Shown in pieces: positions 57,112 through 64,000 of a stretch of DNA of 64,000 bases; the first letter of the stretch is position 1; every line of letters begins with the position of its first letter. The position numbers and the translations under genes are program-made. Below the pieces are notes generated by a model. The model made no database searches, was not told where the DNA came from, and saw only the letters and a program-made list of their open reading frames with translations. The DNA is from Promethearchaeia archaeon (GTDB lineage Archaea > Asgardarchaeota > Lokiarchaeia > Sigyniarchaeales > SOKP01): positions 1-64,000 of the forward strand of contig JAHQWK010000030.1 in NCBI GenBank assembly GCA_029856145.1, given 5' to 3'.

Positions 57112-59241
57112 ATGCAGATCAATAAAACTAAGAAAAAGCAGAATACGAAACCCAATAAAGTCAAAAATATTATTAATATTGCTTTAGCTGGTAACGCAAA
57201 CGTTGGCAAATCAGTGATTTTTAATCAACTTACTGGACTTTCTCAAACTATAGGAAATTGGCCTGGAAAAACTGTAGAAAAAATGGAAGGACATTTGAAT
57301 TTTTTAGGGTATAGATTTAATATTGTAGATTTACCGGGAATTTATTCCCTATCAACCTACTCACTAGAGGAAATTATTAGTAGAGAGTACATAGTATCGG
57401 AAGAAGTAGATATTATTATTAATGTAATAGATGCTACGAATCTTGAGCGTAATTTATTCTTTACATTCCAACTATTAGAATTAAAAGTCCCGATGATATT
57501 AGCTATCAATCAAATGGATATATTACGAAAGAGAAATCTAGAACTAAATTTTAAGAAGTTAGAAGAGATTTTCAAATTACCTGTTATTCCTGTTGTAGCA
57601 GTTCATGGTATAGGTGTTCATCAATTACTTGAAGAAGCAATAGAATTAGCAGTTTATCACCAACCTACTTCCCATTATACTCAAGATGGCAAAAAAATTC
57701 ATGATAAATTATCTCATGATGATAAAAAATTCAAAAATAAATTATCTACTAAAAAAACCTTCAAATTTCCAGATTTGTCTTCAATATTGACGTATGGTAA
57801 AGAAGTCGAAACTAGAGTAAATGAATTAATTAGAAACATTGATATGTATCCAGAATATTTCTCAAGATTTAATTACGTCTCAAAATTCTTAGCTAATAAG
57901 ATTTTAGAAAACGATGAAGAAATTGAAAAAATTTTCAAGGCTAACCAGGAAACATCTTATATAATTGATTTAGCTGATAAATATCGAACAGAGTTAGAAG
58001 AAATACATGGGGAAGATATCAGTACAATCATCTCTTCTGAAATTTATACAAATATTCATAAAATCATTGAAGAAGTTGTCATTGTTAAAGGTCGTGGTGA
58101 AAAAAAACTTGGTTGGGCTGATAAACTAGATCACTTAACTACTCATTCTCTTTGGGGTTATGTCATATTAATTTTAATCCTTTTTGGGATATATTATTTT
58201 ACGTTCCTTATTGGAGATTTCTTTGGTGGAGTTATTGAGGATTTCTTTGAGGTTTTAAGCAACATTATCTATGATATTTTTGGAGAGGATGATTTGGGGG
58301 TTAAAATATTTTGGGAAGGTGGTATAGGAGGAATTTTTGGAGCATTAGGTGGTGTTTTGGTATATGTTGTCCCTTTCTTTTTAATTATTGAATTTTTACA
58401 AGATTCCGGTTATTTACCACGAGCAGCATACCTCATGGATAGATTCATGCATTTCTTAGGTGTTCATGGAAAAACTATTATTCCTATGATATTGGGATTT
58501 GGATGTAATGTTCCTGCATGTACTGGATGTAGAATCATGGAAACAGAACGGGAAAAGAAAATTTCAATTGCATTAACCTCTCTAGTTCCATGTGCAGCAG
58601 TAATGACTGTAGTTTTAGGCTTGGTTGGACGGTATATAGGTATAACTTGGGTATTAATATTGTTTGGAATAAATTTCATTGTCATAATAATTACTGGAAA
58701 AATATTAAATAAGGTTTTACCTGGTCAATGTACTGAGTTAATTATGGAAATGCATGAATATCGTGTTCCAAATTATTCTGTTATTGCAAAACAAACCTGG
58801 GTAAGAACTAAAGAATTCATCTTTAAAGCAATGCCTATTATTGTTATATCAGGAGTCTTATTAGAGATTTTCTTTATGTTCCGATTATTAGATCCTATCA
58901 ATTTCATTTTATCACCAATTACTGTCTTTTGGTTAGGATTACCAGCTATTACTGGAATCTTTTTAATATATGGGATTCTTAGGAAGGAATTAACTTTAGT
59001 TCTTTTAGCTTTATTAGCAAATTCAATGGGTACTACTCTCCTAGGATTACTTACTCCAGTCCAGATGATCACATTCAGTTTAGTAACAATGCTTTATATC
59101 CCTTGCTTCGCAACTGTAGTTCTAATTGCTAAAGAAACTAATTGGAAATATGCTATACAAATAGCTGGTCTTGAAATAGGAATGGCATTATTAATAGGAG
59201 GAGTGGTTAATTGGGGATTATTCTTCTTTATGAGTTTTTAA
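57112..59241 (+). CDS. feoB: Ferrous iron transport protein B
   Basis: [32 protein letters not shown] and LYIPCFAT motifs. Confidence 0.95.
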   Translation: MQINKTKKKQNTKPNKVKNIINIALAGNANVGKSVIFNQLTGLSQTIGNWPGKTVEKMEGHLNFLGYRFNIVDLPGIYSLSTYSLEEIISREYIVSEEVDIIINVIDATNLERNLFFTFQLLELKVPMILAINQMDILRKRNLELNFKKLEEIFKLPVIPVVAVHGIGVHQLLEEAIELAVYHQPTSHYTQDGKKIHDKLSHDDKKFKNKLSTKKTFKFPDLSSILTYGKEVETRVNELIRNIDMYPEYFSRFNYVSKFLANKILENDEEIEKIFKANQETSYIIDLADKYRTELEEIHGEDISTIISSEIYTNIHKIIEEVVIVKGRGEKKLGWADKLDHLTTHSLWGYVILILILFGIYYFTFLIGDFFGGVIEDFFEVLSNIIYDIFGEDDLGVKIFWEGGIGGIFGALGGVLVYVVPFFLIIEFLQDSGYLPRAAYLMDRFMHFLGVHGKTIIPMILGFGCNVPACTGCRIMETEREKKISIALTSLVPCAAVMTVVLGLVGRYIGITWVLILFGINFIVIIITGKILNKVLPGQCTELIMEMHEYRVPNYSVIAKQTWVRTKEFIFKAMPIIVISGVLLEIFFMFRLLDPINFILSPITVFWLGLPAITGIFLIYGILRKELTLVLLALLANSMGTTLLGLLTPVQMITFSLVTMLYIPCFATVVLIAKETNWKYAIQIAGLEIGMALLIGGVVNWGLFFFMSF

Positions 59242-59381
59242 ATTTCACTTTTTAGAACTAATTAAAAATCATTTTTCCCTCCAAAATATTCATTTTTTAA
59301 GATTAGTATTGAAAACTACATAACTAAAAGAGTTTTTAACAAACAACCTAAAAATCTTAATTTTTCTGATCTTAAATAAAC

Positions 59382-59455
59382 TGAATAATGTTCGATTCAA
59401 ATAATTATATCTAACATATCGTACGATGATATAGGCAATAATCGAATTAACTTCG
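59382..59455. promoter_or_regulatory. Three Lrp/FFRP-type 13-bp boxes at 31- and 30-bp spacing
   Basis: TGAATAATGTTCG (59382), AACATATCGTACG (59413) and CGAATTAACTTCG (59443), each followed by AT. TATA-like TTTAAATA at 59461. Confidence 0.6.
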
Positions 59456-59590
59456 ATAGGTTTAAATATTATAATCTATATATTTTATATTAGAGAAACT
59501 AAATTGTTATAAAATCAAGAAAAATAATAAATGAATTTTATTCAGATTTATAATAAAAAAAAATTTTAAATTTTAATTAATACAAACGAG

Positions 59591-60184
59591 TTGATTGTTT
59601 TGGTAACCTGTCCTAAATGTGGAGAAGAATACTCATTAGGTAGAAAAATTTATCATAGTTGTGAAGGGTTTTCAATATCTCACGGTGTTGTTTTTAATGA
59701 TGATCGTGAAAATCGTCCTTGGAATTGTCATTCTATAGATGAAACGGATAAGGAAATTTTAAATATTTTACAGGAGAATAATAAAATTTCATATCGGGAA
59801 TTAGCAGAGAAGCTAAAATTAGCTGCGAGTACGATTCATAATAGAGTACAAAAGATGATTGAAGAAGAAATAATAAAGCAATTTGGAGCTATAGTAGATC
59901 CCGTGAAAATTGGCTATAACACCATAGCACTAGTAGGCCTTTCAGTCGATCCAGTAAAAATGAATGAAATTGCAGAGATAATTGCATCATTTGATGAAAC
60001 TCAACTTGTAGCGATTTCATCAGGAGATCATGACATTATCGCTCAGATCATTGCTAAGGATGAAAAATCACTCTGGAACTTTATAAATATAAAAATAAAG
60101 ACAATAAGTGGAATAAAACCTCAAATTCATGTATCAAACTTTCTAGATATATTCAAATCTACACATTCAATAAAAATCGCCTAA
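59591..60184 (+). CDS. Lrp/AsnC regulator with N-terminal zinc ribbon
   Basis: CPKCG...HSC followed by IDETDKEILNILQEN.KISYRELAEKLKLAASTIHNRV. Confidence 0.88.
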   Translation: MIVLVTCPKCGEEYSLGRKIYHSCEGFSISHGVVFNDDRENRPWNCHSIDETDKEILNILQENNKISYRELAEKLKLAASTIHNRVQKMIEEEIIKQFGAIVDPVKIGYNTIALVGLSVDPVKMNEIAEIIASFDETQLVAISSGDHDIIAQIIAKDEKSLWNFINIKIKTISGIKPQIHVSNFLDIFKSTHSIKIA

Positions 60185-60241
60185 TAATAATTTAAATAAA
60201 TAAAATCGTTTTATTCTTCTTTTTAGAAACCTATCTTATAT

Positions 60242-60688
60242 TTAATCATCCTCAAAATGCTTTACAACTGTAAACCAAAAGTTTATTATTGAATTAATAA
60301 TTCTGTAAAATTCCTTCATTTCTAAAGGTTTAATTATATAACAATTAGCATGAAGATTATAAGCTTTTATTAAATCTTCTCTTACATCAGATACTGTTAA
60401 GATTACCACAGGAATCCTTTTTAATTCTTCATCATGTTTCATTTCTTTCAATACATCAAAACCATTCCTCTTTGGCAAATTTAAATCTAAAAGGATTAGG
60501 TTTGGTTTACTAGCATTAGAAAATTTACCTCTCTTCTTTAAGAAATCAATCGCTTCAGCACCGTCCCTTACAATATCTAAACTACCTACAATTTTATTCT
60601 CTTGAAGAACTTTCTTGGTAAGACGAATATCTGCAGCATTATCTTCAACGAGTAAGATTTTAGCCTTAGTTCTTTTATATTCATTCAT
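60242..60688 (-). CDS. Single-domain response regulator (CheY/Rcp1-like)
   Basis: LLVEDN, LLDLNLP, ILTVS and YIIKP motifs. Confidence 0.92.
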   Translation of the reverse strand: MNEYKRTKAKILLVEDNAADIRLTKKVLQENKIVGSLDIVRDGAEAIDFLKKRGKFSNASKPNLILLDLNLPKRNGFDVLKEMKHDEELKRIPVVILTVSDVREDLIKAYNLHANCYIIKPLEMKEFYRIINSIINFWFTVVKHFEDD

Positions 60689-60707
60689 AATTATATACCA
60701 TTATTCT

Positions 60708-61769
60708 TTATTTTTTTTTTGGAAAAATTGTAAAGAAGAAGGTTGATCCTTTACCAAATTCTGATTTTACCCATATTTTTCCACCATATCGTTGTACTAT
60801 CTTCTTACATATAGGTAATCCTATACCTGTACCAGGATATTCTTCTTTAGTGTGTAACCGGTAAAAAATATTAAAAAGTTTATCAAAAAATGTTGATTCA
60901 ATACCTATGCCATTATCTTTTATAGAGAATAACCACTCATCATTAATTTTTTTTACTCCAACATGAATTTTAGGTGTTTCTTGGCTTCGGAATTTTATAG
61001 CGTTACTAAGTAGATTCTGAAATAATTGTATAAATTGAGTTTTATCAACATTTAGTATCGGCATTTTGTCATGAGTTATAACAGCACCACTTTCTTTTAT
61101 TGCCTCTTGTAAGTTAAATAAAGCATCTTCTAAAATCTTCTCAAGATTAGTTAATTTTGAAGGTTTAGCATGTGTAGTGATCCTTGAATATGATAATAGA
61201 TCTTTTATAAGAGTATTCATTTTTTTTGCGCCGTCTGTAATAAAGTGAATGAATTCTTTACCTTCCTTATTTATTTGATCTTGATATTCTTCTTCAAGAA
61301 GTTGAGAAAAGCTTACAATTGCTCTTAAAGGTTCTTGTAGATCATGAGATGCTACATAGGCAAATTGTTGTAAATCTTCGTTAGAACGCCTTAAATCCTC
61401 CATTATTACATTGAATTCAATTTCTCTTTTTGAAATATGCTCAGATAGGAATGATACTACTATTCCAACAATTATTAATGAGATAGCTCTCAGAAAATTA
61501 TTAATGGTTTCTAAATTAAAAAACTCATTTTCTGGGATAAAATGAAATATAATTATTATTGCAGCTAATAAAACCGGAATAATTAAACCTTTTCTTTTCC
61601 ACCATAAACATGCTAAAATTGAAGGAAAATAAAAAAAATGCGCAACTAGAATAGAAGTTCTAAGTACTACATCGAAATAATAAATTAATAAAAATGATAA
61701 AATCATTAAAATAAAAATAATTAATATTCTCAATCTCTCTTCTTTAAGTTTCAGGTTCATTACAATCAT
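60708..61769 (-). CDS. Membrane sensor histidine kinase
   Basis: Four TM segments, ASHDLQEPL H-box, NLLSNAIKF, DNGIGI and GTGIGL motifs. Confidence 0.92.
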   Translation of the reverse strand: MIVMNLKLKEERLRILIIFILMILSFLLIYYFDVVLRTSILVAHFFYFPSILACLWWKRKGLIIPVLLAAIIIIFHFIPENEFFNLETINNFLRAISLIIVGIVVSFLSEHISKREIEFNVIMEDLRRSNEDLQQFAYVASHDLQEPLRAIVSFSQLLEEEYQDQINKEGKEFIHFITDGAKKMNTLIKDLLSYSRITTHAKPSKLTNLEKILEDALFNLQEAIKESGAVITHDKMPILNVDKTQFIQLFQNLLSNAIKFRSQETPKIHVGVKKINDEWLFSIKDNGIGIESTFFDKLFNIFYRLHTKEEYPGTGIGLPICKKIVQRYGGKIWVKSEFGKGSTFFFTIFPKKK

Positions 61770-62033
61770 TTCTCATCTTTTATTACATATTCTTTAATAT
61801 GTGATTTTTTTAAAACGAATTGGTAAAAAATCATAGGAAAAAATCATAATTAATAAGAATATTATCCAATATAAAATAAATTTTATCGAACAAAAATATC
61901 ACTAATTATAGTCTAGAAAATGAGCTTTCAGTTTAAAAATTAGAAAAACAATAATAGTATTCTTTATACATTTAAAAATTTTATAACTAAAATGATTCAT
62001 TTGAATTATAGATAAAATAATTATTTATATTAA

Positions 62034-62050
62034 ACTGAATATTATTCAGT
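62034..62050. promoter_or_regulatory. Palindrome ACTGAATATTATTCAGT (FFRP-type 5-3-5 core)
   Basis: Directly downstream of TATA-like TTTATATT and upstream of the REC-Lrp gene. Confidence 0.55.
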
Positions 62051-62120
62051 ATAAGGAAAATAGAGATGGAAAAAATTTTAATTTTTAAAATGTCCTAAAA
62101 ACATTTTCGGGTGAACAAAT

Positions 62121-63020
62121 ATAGAGAATAAAAAACTCGATATCCTACTAATTGAAGATAATACTGCTGATGTGCGCCTTATTGAAAAATTATTAAAAAC
62201 TTCCGCAGAATTCAAATTTGATTTAGAAGCTTATCCTAGACTTTCAGAAAGTCTGAATCATCTTAAGACTAAAAACTTTGATATTATTTTATTAGATTTA
62301 ACTCTACCAGATAGCGAGAGAGAATCTACTTTAGAAAGAGTTTTAAGTTTTACTGTTGCAATTCCTATAATAATTTTAACTGGATTAGATGATAAGGAAT
62401 TAGCCTTACGATCTCTTCAAAAGGGAGCCCAAGATTATATAGTAAAAAGTGAACTTAATGGACAAAGTTTAACACGAGCTATCTTATATGCAATTGAACG
62501 ACACAGAATTGAAAGCGAAAAAGAAAGAGATAAGGCGTTTAAAACGCAATTTGATGAAAAAGATAAAGAAATTCTTAATTTTCTACAAGAAAATTACAAA
62601 ATCTCTTATAAAGATTTAAGTAAAAAAGTAAATCTAGCTGCTAGTACTATTCATAATCGAGTACAAAATATGATAAAAGAGGGAATCATAAGAAAATTTG
62701 ATACACTCGTAGATCCATTTAAAGTTGGATATGAATCTATAGCTATTCTTGGTCTATCTATTGATCCAATGAAATTGGATGAAGTCGCAAAAAGGCTAAC
62801 CGAATATGATGATATACAATTGGTTGCATCATCAACTGGAGATCATAATTTATTAATAAAAATTATTGCTAAGGATGAAAAAAATCTCTGGAGATTTATT
62901 AATGATGAGATTAAAATATTAGATGGAATTCAACTACCAATGCGTGTATCAAGTTTTATTGATATTTTTAAAATGACTCAGAAAATAAATTTTGATATTG
63001 GAAAAAATAATAAATCCTAA
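62121..63020 (+). CDS. Response regulator with REC domain fused to a full Lrp/AsnC domain, probable ATA start
   Basis: (I)ENKKLDILLIEDN...LLDLTLPD...ILTG...YIVK, then FDEKDKEILNFLQEN...AASTIHNRV. SD GGGTGA lies 6 nt before ATA 62121, with an in-frame stop at 62112. Confidence 0.88.
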   Translation: MENKKLDILLIEDNTADVRLIEKLLKTSAEFKFDLEAYPRLSESLNHLKTKNFDIILLDLTLPDSERESTLERVLSFTVAIPIIILTGLDDKELALRSLQKGAQDYIVKSELNGQSLTRAILYAIERHRIESEKERDKAFKTQFDEKDKEILNFLQENYKISYKDLSKKVNLAASTIHNRVQNMIKEGIIRKFDTLVDPFKVGYESIAILGLSIDPMKLDEVAKRLTEYDDIQLVASSTGDHNLLIKIIAKDEKNLWRFINDEIKILDGIQLPMRVSSFIDIFKMTQKINFDIGKNNKS

Positions 63021-64000
63021 GGGAAAATTCCTCTCAATTCAATTGCTTTAGCTAATCTTGATATAGCAATCATATATGAGGCTATTCTTAGACTAGCATT
63101 CTTTTCTTTTGATAGATTATAAACATCCTCGAATGCACTAACAAGAATATTTTTTAATTCCTGATTAATTCTTTCTAATTTCCAAAAATAGCTATGAATA
63201 TCTTGAATGTATTCAAAATACGAGACACATACGCCTCCAGCATTAGCAAGAATATCAGGGACTACAATTATCCCTTTTTTCTCTAGAATATTATCTGCTC
63301 CTGGAGTAGTTGGACCATTAGCACCTTCTAATATAATTTTACAATTTATTCTATTTGCATTTGATCGGGTTATTTGGTTTTCTATTGCAGCAGGAATTAA
63401 GATATCACATTTTAAAGTAAGTATATCTTCATTACTGACGAATTTATAGCCTTTACCTTGAAAATCTTTTAAATAATTACTTTCATCTCTCCATTTTAAT
63501 AATTGGTCGATATTTAATCCGCCTTTGGCATATAAACCTCCACTAATGTCTGACACAGCTATAATTTTACATCCTTTCTCATATAAAATTTTTGCAATAT
63601 TTCCTCCAACATTGCCAAATCCTTGAATAACAATATCCTGGGGGTTTAGATCTAAATTAATTTTATTGCATAAAGCTTCGAGTACAAAAAATAATCCCAT
63701 TCCAGTTGCAGATTCTCTCCCAACTGAACCTCCTATTTCTATTGGTTTCCCCGTAACGACCCCAGGAACAGCCCTCCCTTTATGCATCGAATAAGTATCC
63801 ATAATCCACGCCATGATCTGAGGATTTGTATTTACATCAGGAGCTGGAATATCCTTATCGGGGCCTATAAAATTTATGATTTCTGAAGTGTATCTCCTAG
63901 TTAGCCTTTCTAATTCCTCTTTTGATAATTTTCTGGGGTCAACACATACACCACCTTTTGCTCCTCCAAGAGGTAAATTTAATAAGCTACATTTCCAAGT
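63017..64000 (-). CDS. gdhA: Glu/Leu/Phe/Val dehydrogenase (glutamate dehydrogenase), 5' end outside the window
   Basis: TWKC...PLGGAKGG, DIPAPDVNT, GFGNVG, EGANGP and NAGGV motifs. The frame is open to the window edge. Confidence 0.92.
   Translation of the reverse strand, partial: TWKCSLLNLPLGGAKGGVCVDPRKLSKEELERLTRRYTSEIINFIGPDKDIPAPDVNTNPQIMAWIMDTYSMHKGRAVPGVVTGKPIEIGGSVGRESATGMGLFFVLEALCNKINLDLNPQDIVIQGFGNVGGNIAKILYEKGCKIIAVSDISGGLYAKGGLNIDQLLKWRDESNYLKDFQGKGYKFVSNEDILTLKCDILIPAAIENQITRSNANRINCKIILEGANGPTTPGADNILEKKGIIVVPDILANAGGVCVSYFEYIQDIHSYFWKLERINQELKNILVSAFEDVYNLSKEKNASLRIASYMIAISRLAKAIELRGIFP

Noticed and set aside
9937-63449. Other short antisense or nested ORFs in the track (for example 11042, 11479, 12031, 25098, 28201, 33701, 46536, 58773, 63207)
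   Set aside because: They lie within well-supported genes and have no recognisable motifs.

Overview
AT-rich archaeal chromosomal DNA, most likely from a Lokiarchaeia (Asgard) genome. That assignment is an inference from GGTGA-type Shine-Dalgarno (SD) motifs, F420/Hdr genes, a eukaryote-like SECIS and a DENN-like protein. The window has five main blocks. (1) 8.2-30.7 kb is a large Hdr/MvhD/FrhB redox locus. The ORF track breaks its first two genes apart, but they read as selenoproteins: hdrA (8254-10194) has four in-frame TGA codons and mvhD/vhuD (10201-10662) has two. All six align with Cys in paralogs inside this window. One eukaryote-type SECIS (10648-10715) follows, and its core AUGA contains the mvhD stop codon. 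Downstream are two FrhB-like genes and duplicated Cys-only HdrD/double-HdrA/MvhD cassettes, interrupted by an LVIVD surface-protein gene flanked by direct repeats. (2) 31-45 kb holds acyl-CoA and amino-acid catabolic genes: enoyl-CoA hydratase, Zn-ADH, Ser/Thr dehydratase, tyrosine phenol-lyase, an HMGS-like/DUF35 fusion and a thiolase. (3) 46-56.5 kb is a NifX/DUF134/DUF5320/Fe-S ATPase/Mrp/IscU/radical-SAM cluster, with a 14-bp palindrome TGAATAATTATTCA in every divergent promoter. (4) DtxR and feoAB, with a DtxR-type box. (5) A histidine kinase and CheY-like pair flanked by two closely related Lrp regulators (one with a Zn-ribbon, one fused to a REC domain), next to gdhA. Several genes appear to start at non-canonical ATA/ATT codons behind SD motifs. 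No rRNA, tRNA, CRISPR array or transposase was recognised.
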